A DNA stretch of 64,000 bases from Bugula neritina. Taxonomy: Eukaryota; Animalia; Bryozoa. The number at the start of each line of letters is the position of its first letter. Position 1 is the stretch's first letter. This document shows positions 53,001 through 64,000 of this stretch, one piece after another. The translations under genes and the position numbers were made by a program. Below the pieces are notes generated by a model that searched no databases, was not told the origin of the DNA, and worked only from the letters and a program-made list of their open reading frames with translations. Where the stretch lies: the NCBI GenBank assembly GCA_964035545.1, contig OZ037767.1, forward strand, positions 25,622,628 to 25,686,627. The letters run 5' to 3'.

Positions 53001-56000
53001 CACCTCTCTTTTCTTAGCCTCGTTGTTACGATATTTTGGGAAGAAGTATGAAAGGATATTACCAAGACAACAGGCTACATGCACTAAGGGTCCCTCTTTC
53101 CCTAGTGATAAACCTGAGGCTACGGCTAGCATTAGACCTAAAATAGTAAAGTACAATTACTTGCTCAGTAAAGTCCTTCTAGCAGAATACAAGACAATCA
53201 TGGTATGTCAATATCTAAATATAAACTTTATCACCATAACATTCTCAAGATAAATACAGCGGCTATTTGTGTAAATTTGTGTTAATAATTAAACAACTCC
53301 CCAAAAGATGAGATGTCAACAACTGTTTGACACAGCAACTAATATACAATAATCACTACACTACATAGTGGTCGCTTTACAATAGTCACTACGAAGTATG
53401 TAATATTTTGCAGTAGTCACTACACAGTGGTAACTGATAGGTAGTGTTTTACCAAATACACCATGAAACAGATGTGCTGAACTGGCTAAATGGTAATTTA
53501 CAATGAGAATATTGTACTGCAGGTTGTTCATGTAGCAGACAGGCAAGAGCACACAACTACTTAGTACTAGTGAGAATACATCACACAGAACTCACCTGTA
53601 CTTTTTATAAGCAGAGTCCATTTACCCAAATATCCGTGAATCACAAATCCACTAAGGATAGTTTTAATCTGAAACCAAAGTATAAAATGATACACTCGAC
53701 AACCTTGAGTTACAAAGTTTACCCCATTTAGCCTATATAACCACCACACAGTGTAGACAATGCTTACTATCTTAACAACATTACACACCAACAAATATGA
53801 CATATTAGTATGATATACCGGCATATTAGTTGTTATTTATAAACACATTTAGTACAACATATTGTCGCAACAATTAATACACCGTAGATGCTGTGTATAA
53901 CGGTATAGTATATTATATTAACAAACACATCAGACGCTGTGTGCAATAGTATATTATATTATATCAATAAACACGGTGTGTGTAAAGTACTGACCTCTGG
54001 AATACCTGAGCCACACGCATAAGGAGCGAATATCTTTACTGCCACAGCGGCTGAGCACGCGAATAAAACTCCGATAGTACAATACATTGCGTATTCTAGG
54101 AGATAGACTCCAGGTCCATTAACTGAGCCTATGCCAAATAATACTGACCATGTCGCCCACTGAAACCATATATAACATATGTATTATATTTTATAGACAA
54201 AATATAAAATCATTTATGTTTTATAAAAGATACACCTCAAAGTTTAAGATGCTTTTACCCATAAATGCCATTGTAAAACATCCGACTGAATTATACACAC
54301 ATCATATACAAAGTACAGCAACAATTCCAACTCGTGCTGGAAACAATCTTCTTTCGATTTACAAGAAGCAAACATTTAAAAAAAGAGAAAATTTATTATT
54401 GTCAATGAAAAGCATGGTCTTGTGTGATTCTAAATATCATAAATAATTTATATAACTTTCAAGCTTATATAATTCAATATTAAGTGCCACATGTCTTAAT
54501 GCTAAAGGTTATATAATTCAATATTAAATATTAGGTGTCACACAGGTAATATCAAGTCATGTGCTAGAACTGTGCAGCTGTAGAAATTCAAGCCAATACC
54601 TGACTGCAAGATTCGCTGTCGTCAAATCTTGTATTGTTCTCATTATCCCAGCAGCACTGCTCTCTGTTGAGCCAGAAACTGTCTTTACAAATACCCAGCT
54701 TGAGATCGGAGAACCAGGGTGAGGCAATGTCTATGACACCTGTAACACATGTCACTTGTGTATATTATAAGCAGAGAGGACACCTGCGACACATGTCACT
54801 TGTGTATATTATAAACACAGGGGAAACCGGTAACATGTGTCAGTTGTGCATAACATAGACACAGGAGACACCTGCAAGATGTGTCACATGTGTGTATTAT
54901 AAACACAGGCGACACCTGCGATATATGTCACTTGTGCATATTATAAACACAGAGGACACTTGCGACATATGTCACTTGTGTATAATATAAACAGGAACAG
55001 CAAGGTACTAGCTTCGTCTGCTGAGCTGGCTACAGTCAAGTATGGGACTTACCTGCAACACCCCCCACTGACACTGCTATAAGGGACACAATCAACCAAC
55101 CACTGGCTGCATCACAGGCGCTGATCACTTTGTTTGGAATAGTGCCCTTTCGTTTTTTTATTATAGACCGATGACGCAGTCTGTCTTTTGCGATGTCCTT
55201 CAGCCAATCAATAGTGTGGAAGTCGGAGTAGTGGTTGGTACTTTCGTCCAGACTGTCATCTTGATCCGTAGCATACTCTACACACACGCAAGTATTATAT
55301 AGAAACCAATTAACAATTTGTTGTTCCATTCCTGTAGTCTCGGAAGGTATTGGCTGTAAATTCATTATGACAATTAGTATTTTTAGTTACAATCCTTGTG
55401 AGAAATGGAGGTTTGTGAAGGATATGGACATCTTTTGCCTCAGGCCATGCTGGCAACATGGCCAATGGCTTCACAGCAGCAAAATTGACTCAAAGCCTTT
55501 CTTAACGTCTGCAGGTAGGATTCGAAGTATCAACCTGCATCTACTGATTCAGGACAACCCTAAACTTACAGTACTATGTGTGGCTGCTAAATAATCACTT
55601 CAAACACAATATATATGGTGTTTTATGACAGATTAGTGCAATCACATCTAAATAGTTGAAGAAGATTATCTCACAAGATTCTATGTGGAACTTATAGTTT
55701 GAAGAAAAGTGAGAAGGTGAGTTAAATGAATGAAATCTGGCGTTAGCAGCAGTAGCAGCAGTAGCAGCAGTAACAGCGAAGGAAATTATACAGTGAAATG
55801 ATGATTTTAACTAGCAACTACCATTCAAATTACCGGTTAATTTATTGCCCTTTAGACATTGTTGAAGAGGAATAAGTGTCTGTTTTTCCGAATTTAAATA
55901 ATTAATTGCAGATAATTCAATATTATCAGCAAGAATCTGTGGTGAAATGTCACTTTCAGATGAAGCAGTGTCATTCAGGCTACCATAAACATTACGCATT

Positions 56001-56610
56001 ACCGACAACTCCCCATTCAGAATGTTAACTTTATCACCTGGTACAACATATAAGTCACTACAACATGATACATCAAGCGAAAGGCTAAGTAATATGTCAG
56101 TTTAAACTCTTTCTGCACAGATTTCCTGTATATAAAAATTCATCTACACACATATTACGAAATCATCAAGACTGAGAAAGCTAAAGTTGCAGCTGATAAT
56201 TAGAAGAACCAAAAACTTTTTCAGAGAAATGGCTACTTATTCTTCAGCAAAACTGTTGAACAACTATAGGCAAATGGAAATAATTAGACTTCCACAATTA
56301 GGTACAAACAAGAATTTTCATATAGACAGTTGGAAATAACGAAACATTGACAAATGAGTCAGAACCTACCAGTTGTGGATGGATCTACCATATCGTCATC
56401 TGTACTAGCCCTACTACTGCAGCCCTCGTGTACAGCATGCTCCCTATTTGACAGACGCAAACTGGTTGAGTGACTAGAAGGAGCTTGTAGTGGATCACCG
56501 GAAATAGTTGTGTTGTAAGTAACTGACTGGGAGTCAACAGCCAGATCTGAGTTTAGTTCTTCCTCATCATCCATCAGGTAGTTAAGTAAGAGTGCATCCC
56601 GCTCACTCAT
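44098..56610 (-). CDS. CLCN3: ClC-3/4/5-type 2Cl-/H+ exchanger, 825 aa, 17 coding exons
   Basis: Exons 56610-56370, 55277-55053, 54739-54600, 54159-53995, 53668-53596, 53137-52923, 52502-52317, 51432-51287, 48004-47791, 47461-47376, 47193-47072, 46655-46541, 46343-46189, 45952-45845, 45437-45313, 44766-44672, 44164-44098 total 2478 nt in frame. DFHTIDW, GSGIPE, GKEGP (gating Glu), FSLEE (proton Glu), GLFIP, GIYDAH and two CBS domains ending GIITKKDIL. The symbol denotes the ClC-3/4/5 co-orthologue. Confidence 0.96.
46344..46540 (-). other. U12-type GT-AG intron in the CLC gene
   Basis: 5' site GTATCCTTAA at 46540; branch-point-like ACCTTGAC ending 14 nt before the exon; no polypyrimidine tract. 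Confidence 0.82.
48926..49259. mobile_element. MITE (334 bp) with ~65-bp near-perfect terminal inverted repeats
   Basis: GGGCCACACGGTGCGTATTTTCGCATGCGAAAATTGAAATCGCAAGTAGCAAAGGTGTCCACTGT ... ACAGTGGACACCTTTGCTACTTGTGATTTCAATTTTCGCATGCGAAAATACGCACCGTGTGGCCC, flanked by TA (or CTAG if the termini are GGCC). Confidence 0.92.
54735..54998. repeat. 44-bp minisatellite x6 overlapping a CLC 3' splice site
   Basis: Units start at 54735, 54779, 54823, 54867, 54911, 54955; consensus GACACCTGCGACACATGTCACTTGTGTATATTATAAACACAGAG. Confidence 0.92.
55745..55778. repeat. (AGCAGCAGT)n short repeat
   Basis: agcagcagtagcagcagtagcagcagtaacagc. Confidence 0.8.
55834..56037 (-). CDS. Candidate 204-nt symmetric (phase 1-1) cassette exon in the CLC N-terminus
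   Basis: CAG acceptor at 56040-56038, donor G/GTAATT at 55833, 68 open codons in the CLC frame ([36 protein letters not shown]). Confidence 0.55.
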
Positions 56611-58664
56611 AAAGCTGCCTTACATGACCCTCTGATAACGAAACAAATCTGAAAGAGACGAAATGATGTTTAAGCCAGTTTGCAAAGTCTAACAGACCTC
56701 TACTATAACGAAATTTTCAATCGATTATTTTATGTTTGTGGGAAAGTTGCCTCAAATACAAATCAATCAATCTATTGCACAATTATTTTTGATGAGATTG
56801 CATATTTCGGGATTATATTCAAATACTCAGATGCTAATTGCACCACTATTCAACCTACTAGATAGAGAAGTAGTACATTAGATTGAGCTTCTCTACACCT
56901 GCAAGCCTAGGAACAAATCACAGCTAATAATTATGTAGGTTAGTGGCCTGTGGACATCATTATATAAAGCAGTGAGGGATTAATATATGGTCAAGTTACA
57001 GCGCTGCATGAAATATTGAATTATTCCTAGTTGCGGTCCACTAAGCTACTACAAAAACAAGAAATTACCTTCATTGAGTGAGAGCTTCTTATAGATAAGA
57101 AAATATGCAGATTAAATCTCTTTCCAATCTTGTAGTCAGTTAGAAATACCAAGCAGGCCTAAGTGAAGGAACAAAGTTGGGTAATTAATTTAACAAATGT
57201 ATTTCAATATTAAAACTAACTGATAGAGCCATAAATGTGTTTTGAGCATTTTTTGTATTAATATACATCACAAATACTTAAGTTTTCATACTCGTGTAAT
57301 AACATAATGAAAAATACATCAGCTACTGTAGTATCTTAAAGAGAAAATAATACAGTGAACTACTTTTACGAAACCAAATTTATTAGCTATTAATGGCAGA
57401 GGATTTCCAAAATGATTTGACAGTAGAAAACATCTAATAAAATTTCAAAAGTTATTTGGCTGGACTTCATCATGTTTTCAAATTAACAAATCTACAGTGG
57501 AAATTGACAGAACATAATTTCACTAACAAGAACATTTAACTAACAAAAGTTGCTGGTAGGTATGTTCAATTCACCAACTACTTGAGCTTTATGACTTGCA
57601 TTAAGTTGTTCAGGCTTAGTATAACAGGAAATTGGTTTAAAATTTACAACTTTTCATAGGCAATGTAAACTAACTAGACAGTGAAATGTGACACTTTTGA
57701 ATAAAAGCTTGGAAACACAACAAAAAATCAAGTGAACAGTTTTATTTCTATATATCTAACCAAAAATTTAGAAGTTTAAACTAATACAAAAAAAGTTTAT
57801 ATCTTTATGTAAAATCATTAAAAGATATGGCCTTTAGTGATGCCAAAGTGAAGTTACTAGAATTGTATACCAATATCAAACTAAAACACAAACGCACAGC
57901 AGCCGTTAAACATGGTAAAAATTTAAGATTTCCCTCTTCAAGTGCAACTGACTCAAACCAAGGCACAGTATCATTATGATGACCACTGGAATTCAAAACT
58001 TGAACAGTAAACCCCTTTACCCTATTATTTCACTGAAGCAATAACACTACTACAGTAAGTACAATTTACACAGATGAATGAAAGACAAATATTTTAATTT
58101 TATCTTTAAAGCCCTCTTTTACCCTTTACTTTAGCATGATAGCGGTAAATCAATTGCCCCTTTTGTGAAAATAAATAATGCATACTTTGGTGTTAGTTTC
58201 TTAGTTTAGCAATAACAGAGAGAGTCCAATGCCCAATATGGGCATTTAGAGGGCATGTCCTACATTGTAGTTTAATTCTCTTGCAGCAAACCCAATTTCT
58301 GGATTTTTGTGATGATTAAGCAAATATTTGAATCACTTATGGAAAACCTAGGAGAAATATAAATGCCATAAGAATAATAGTGAATAAATCCTTCACATAT
58401 CAAGAACTCAGCATCTTACATTTTATTAACATGGTCCTTTGCTCCTATACTTCAATAACATAGAAATGTTAATATAGAAATGTCCTTATATGTGCAATTT
58501 TCATGTTTCAAATATAAAAGCAAAAAAATAAGTTTTTACAAAATGTTAGTACTGGATGTAATATGTATTAGTCTGTATATAAGTCTTGTTCCCTCCGAAT
58601 CTATGCTGGTGAGCTTGCTTTTTTATACTCTAGAATTCAGACGCTCTCTAAGTTCTAGAATCTT

Positions 58665-58792
58665 CCATCCAAATTCAGGTCTGAATCGGACATCAAAAAA
58701 TGGTATTCAGGCACCCGATTGCTCGAATCAGACTTCCGATTTAGAATCGGATGCCCGAAACTCGAGATGTCCGAATTTGGCCTATCGGATTT
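58665..58792. mobile_element. Imperfect palindromic CpG-rich element (MITE remnant)
   Basis: TCGGACATC ... GATGTCCGA inverted pair with internal TCCGATT-TAG-AATCGGA hairpin. Confidence 0.5.
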
Positions 58793-58849
58793 ATATAAGT
58801 GAACAAAAAAAGGTGAACCGAGAAACTACGCCAAGAGTTTAACTATAAT

Positions 58850-59950
58850 AACAACGCAAATAAAATAGTTAAGGCATGAGTAGATCTCTAAATCTACTCC
58901 ACTATCATAATCAATCGTTATTAAGTCGTGACCGTCATCATCATGCTGATTGTCAATTAGTGATTGATGACTTCGTATCAAAGCTACCTTGATACTAATA
59001 GTAATACTAATACTAATAGTCATACTCCTAAGTCACAACTTCATAAGTTATAACTTATAAGCTATACTTACAGACAGCATGACTATAAGTATAATTATGA
59101 GTAAGTCATAATGATAACTACTAGCACTGATAATATTTTTCACTACACTATGTCCACTAGACTTAGTCAGAACTCATAGACATAAGATAAGTCATATTAG
59201 ATAACTACAAGTATAACTATAAGTGCAAGTGATAAAGGTAGTTTTGAAGTTGATAAAATTAAAATTAAAAATAAAACTTAAACACTCATAGTGATATTCA
59301 TACTCATATTCATAATGATAAATCATAAATTTTACTTAATTATAATAAACTGCATTATCATTATGACCAACTTTGAAAAATAAAGAAACTTAGAATAATA
59401 AAATTTCTCCACAACTGCACGTTTAGCAAAAGCAAAACTAAAATGAGTAAAAGTAAATTACTTATAGTTATAGTTAATAACTAATAGTAATATTAATAAC
59501 TAATAAGTTATACTAATAGTTAATGTTATAGTAATAGTAATACTAATACTGTAATAGTAATAGTAACACTAACAGTAACTGTAAGAGTCACTGAGTGAGT
59601 AATACTAATAGTAATTCAAAGTAATAAGTAATAATAATTGACTCATGAGACTAATTCACTGCAACTGCCATCACTCTCAAACTTATCAGTGTCTCAATCT
59701 GCATGATAATGATAATCATCATCATCATCATGATCATGAGTTGATCATGATGATGATGACTCAGAGCCAGTCTCAACTCTCATGACTCCATGAGACTCAA
59801 AGTCAAACAGTTTCAGAGTTAGAGTCAATTTGAATCGTCATCTCAAACTAAATTTATTTTTATCTTGTTATACTCATGTGATTGTAATATTAGATTTGAT
59901 AGTTATAACTATAAATGCATAGAATTTATTCATTATAATCCCTATCATAA
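58850..59950. repeat. Degenerate ANT-ATN low-complexity tract in the inferred first intron of the CLC gene
   Basis: gatactaatagtaatactaatactaatagtcatact; agtaatagtaatactaatactgtaatagtaatagtaacactaacagtaact; gataatgataatcatcatcatcatcatgatcatgag. Confidence 0.8.
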
Positions 59951-59969
59951 TAACTATTACATAAGTGAT

Positions 59970-60160
59970 AGACCTTGCACGTCGTAATTTAGCATGCGAA
60001 AACGGCAATTTGTAATCATTATTATGAACCGTAAATAATTCGTAGAATTGCCTTTACCTGCTCACGAATCACAACGACAAAAGACTTCAAGTACACTTGT
60101 TCAACTATTTAGGAAAGAATAACTCTAGACTTTATAAGTGGTGAACCACGCAAGTTACTG
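59970..60160 (-). promoter_or_regulatory. Inferred CLC promoter / non-coding first exon
   Basis: CpG-rich patch with a good minus-strand donor CAG/GTAAAG at 60057; candidate acceptor TTTCAG at 56649 just upstream of the CLC ATG. Confidence 0.5.
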
Positions 60161-60883
60161 ATATTTAAAAAAATATTTAGATAACAATTGGACAGACATG
60201 TGGCATGTAAGCTCTCAAGTTAAGGGCTGGCGTAGATGTAGTAAAGCTGTAAAAGAAGTGTGCCCTACAAGCACTTCAATAGACACACGCTGGGTGTTGC
60301 AGGTCATAACCTTAGCAGTACTACTACTAGACTTTTATTCTAGTTTCAGAAACATGCCATGTAACTGGCGGCTTATATGATATAATATTATAGTCCTAGT
60401 TCCCTATATAATAAGAGAAAGAAATCTCCACACGTTACTTTGGTATATGTCTCATAATGACTTTTTGATGGAGATGATTTTGTAGAGACCGGTAAGAGAA
60501 AATGACAGATCTAAAGTCTTTTCATCCTATACAGCAGCATGTAGAAGCATCTGAAGAAGCTACTTACTAATCATGCTTAGTGGTATATATTCTAGTCACC
60601 CAACTAGTTTTAAATCCATACATGGTATATTTTGGTACACAGTAAGCCATTAGTCAGATATTTATTTTGTTAGTATAGCGCAATAAAACATTAACCATCA
60701 TTAGTACAGTTTACAAAAAATCATTTAAAATTATTTTAACACAGCAACTCTAATGTCCATTTAAAAGCATAAAAAAACATTACAAAGCCAATTCTAGTAG
60801 TAATAAAAAGAAAGTATCAATGCAATATACTAGCAAAAATAGATAGATGCATTGTACCCTATTACAAGTTATTGTCAATGATT

Positions 60884-63800
60884 TTATGACTTAAGTTTCA
60901 GCTTGTTGACTTTGGTGACAATATCTTTAGCACCAGCTTCATCAGCCATTGTTAGAAGTAGTCTCTCCATCACAAATGCTACATCTACATCAGCACTAAA
61001 ATTAATTGATACAAACAGTTCAAAGGTCAACTTTTTTAACAAATACTATTGAGACAACAAATTACAGTTACTAGTTCACAACATGATATACATTCAATAT
61101 TTTTATTATCCCAGTTACCTGCAAAGAGTGAAAAAGTTGAGGTGAAAATATAATACTCTCATTATACAAGAATCAAATAGAATGCTCATAGCATCTCTGA
61201 ATTAATCACAAAGTAACTAATGTAGTTAGTACCTATGGGCTTCAAAGAACTTAAGGGCGGTTCTAATATGCTCTTCCTCTGTTAGTATCTCTTTAAGTAA
61301 TTTTGACTTCTTCATCAGCTCCCCCATGACCTAGACATGATGAAACAGTATTTTGTATATATTTTAGATTGAAAATCAAATCCCTGGTAATACTTATAAA
61401 ATAACGGATCGGGCCAACTCCATCAAAAACAAATAACATGGAAATATAGTATATATCAGTAACAGGCTAACAGCCAGGTTGAAACTGACTAGGAATCTGT
61501 ATTTCAGGACTTGGAGACCGTTTTGTAGTTTATACAACTATTCCTGCACATAGCTTAGAAGTTGGCCAAATCCATTAGAAGCATCTAGCAAACCATCTCT
61601 AACAAGAAACCACGCTGTCATATTAGCATGAGCTGAAATTTTTTTTTAAAATCCTATAGTTGTAAAACGAGCTGATTAATGTTACAGATAGAGGAAGTAG
61701 CAAATAGACTGAGAGCTAAAAAGCTAATGACTGGTTAATGAGCGGCATACCTGAACACCCATCAACCATATTTCTGGAATATCAGATGACCTGACTGACA
61801 CTTTCTCCTTTCTCTTGCTTGTACTGTCATCATTTGTTATGTTCAGTATATACTGCACAGCTTGTCTAATAACAAATTATTAATTTTTATATGAAAAACT
61901 GAGAGCGATGCTACTTAGCCTACAAATTCAAGCATTTGAAACAAACCTATGAACTAAGTACAGAAAATAAGTTTTGCATATAGTGTGACTAAAGTTACTC
62001 AGTTACTATTCCGAATATCTTAAAAGCAAAACAGGTGGTTTGTGCAAGTTTTAAATATAGGTCACTAAATAGCCTACTACTTATCGTACACAGTATAAAC
62101 TGTGAATGGCTCAGTTGGCACCCTGAAGACGAAAGTTTGCTCCGTAATTTACCTGCAGAATGCCTCCTGTTGTGTCTCAATCTTACAGCAGATCTCCGAC
62201 GTCTCACCTGCGGCTGAGTTGACAGATTCAAGTCCTGGACACAGAAACATGAAAACTGACTGGCTAACTAAATATATTTAGTGACTGACTGACTCAGTAA
62301 TAACTAGTAATGACAACTTTCAGTTATTGGCTGACTAAATAGACCACATCTCATATCTCTATGAACACATGTATACAACTCACCATGTACATTACTGTAT
62401 ATATGACCACATGTATACCACCCACCGTGTATATTTCTGTATATATGTACACATGTATACCACTCACCATGTATATTACTGTATATATGAACACATGCAT
62501 ACAACCCACCATATATATTACTGTATATATGAACACATGTATACCACCCACCATGTATATTACTGTATATATGAACACATGTATACAACCCACCATGTAT
62601 ATTACTGTATATATGAACACATGTATACCACCCACTATGTATATTACTGTATATATGTACACATGTATACCACTCACCATGTATATTACTGTATATATGA
62701 ACACATGCATACAACCCACCATATATATTACTGTATATATGAACACATGTATACCACCCACCATGTATATTACTGTATATATGAACACATGTATACAACC
62801 CACCATGTATATTACTGTATATATGAACACATGTATACCACCCACTATGTATATTACTGTATATATGTACACATGTATACCACTCACCATGTATATTACT
62901 GTATATATGAACACATGTATACAACTCACCATGTATATTACTGTATATATGTACACATGTATACCACCCACTATGTATATTACTGTATATATGAACACAT
63001 GTATACAACTCACCATGTATATTACTGTATATATGTACACATGTATACCACCCACTATGTATATTACTGTATATATGAAGACATGTATACAACCCACCAT
63101 GTATATTACTGTATATATGAACACATGTATACCACCCACCATGTATCTTTCTGAGTGCTGCCAAGGCAGCAGCTATCATTGTCAAATTGCAGTCTAGATT
63201 TATACACTTTTCCACTACAAGCACATAGACATAGATTAAACTTAGACATTGATGGTAGACACTATTTCCTGAAATGACAGAACTGAAACAATTCTTCCAA
63301 GCATATACGCAGTAACAAATACACCATCAACTTACATATAGTTGATGTTTGAGTAGCTAAAGTGTTGAATAATGAAGATGTTGGATCAGTTGTCATTTTG
63401 ATACCCTGCATCATCAGACAGTTGAGCACCACCACGCAGGTATTGATAAGGACGTGTTCATATTCTTCCTACAAACAGTTGCCAAGCAATCTCTGTGCTA
63501 TTCACTTTGTCATTGTTAATTAGTTTGAAAGCAGACAGGTGCAAATACATCTGGTCAACATTCTCAGAAATTGAAAAAAAAACATTTACAACATTAAAAT
63601 TTGTAAAATAGAGAAATGTCCCAAATCCATGACTACTAAATTTAGCTTAAAAATCCATTGATTTAAATAAAGGGAAAACGGTCAACCTGTGGTAACTTAA
63701 ATATGAAGGTTATCAATATGCTATACGGTATAGAAAATAATACTCAATATTAGTTTATATAGAGTTTAAAGTTTTTACAACAGACCATGTAGACTACCTT

Positions 63801-63950
63801 GCCAGAGCAGATCTGTGCAGAGCAATACTCCACATATCTGCACATGAACTCTATATTATCCACCACCACCTCTACAATGCCCTCAGTATCTGTTGTGAAA
63901 TTACTCAAACCAGGTACAAGGAACTTGAAGCTGTCTAATTCTACCAGCAT
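60884..63950 (-). CDS. NCDN: Neurochondrin (norbin)-like protein, last seven exons; gene continues beyond the window
   Basis: Exons 63950-63798, 63468-63336, 63214-63140, 62234-62153, 61865-61751, 61330-61233, 60995-60884 join in frame. DSFKFLVPGLSNFT, LINTCVVVLNCLM..SSLFNTL and DIPEIWLMGVQ parallel recalled NCDN DALRLLLPGWCHLT, LQTCCHIFLNLVV..SLMNTL and DLQELWFLGMQ. Confidence 0.75.
62360..63146. repeat. 42-bp minisatellite, ~19 copies, with a 210-bp higher-order repeat, starting at an NCDN 5' splice site
   Basis: Minus-strand unit ATACATG-GTG(G/A)GT(G/T)GTATACATGTGTTCATATATACAGTAAT; 62461.. and 62671.. are the same five-unit block. Explains the four long overlapping ORFs. Confidence 0.97.
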
Positions 63951-64000
63951 CTGAGAGCTACAATGACAGCAAAGTCAACTCTGTTGTACGAGGGTCAGTC

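Noticed and set aside
62304-63224. Four long overlapping ORFs (261-306 aa) as independent genes, or the array as CRISPR
   Set aside because: They arise from a stop-poor 42-bp tandem repeat with no unique spacers inside a spliceosomal intron of a eukaryotic gene.

Overview
AT-rich animal (invertebrate-type) nuclear DNA with spliceosomal introns; the ORF track misses most of the real coding content, which I reassembled by hand from GT-AG junctions and intron phases. Six genes: (1) a strongly degenerate MORC-type GHKL gene with its ATP-binding motifs replaced (minus, ~3.1/5.8-12.95 kb, with a U12 intron), head-to-head with (2) a Raw/OLRN-1-like protein with an N-terminal membrane segment and two nucleoside-2-deoxyribosyltransferase-like repeats (plus, 18.4-26.1 kb, 11 exons); (3) nicastrin (minus, 3 coding exons, one of 1.9 kb), head-to-head with (4) SDHAF3 (plus); (5) a ClC-3/4/5-type H+/Cl- exchanger (minus, 17 exons plus a candidate cassette exon, one U12 intron); (6) the 3' part of neurochondrin (minus). 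Also tRNA-derived SINEs, a 5'-truncated LINE with TSD, MITEs and minisatellites. Best leads: the MORC pseudo-ATPase; a 42-bp in-frame minisatellite made of copies of a 5' splice site (plus a 44-bp one made of a 3' splice site); and degenerate ANT-ATN hexamer tracts beside every inferred promoter. Family assignments come from recalled protein sequences, not from searches.
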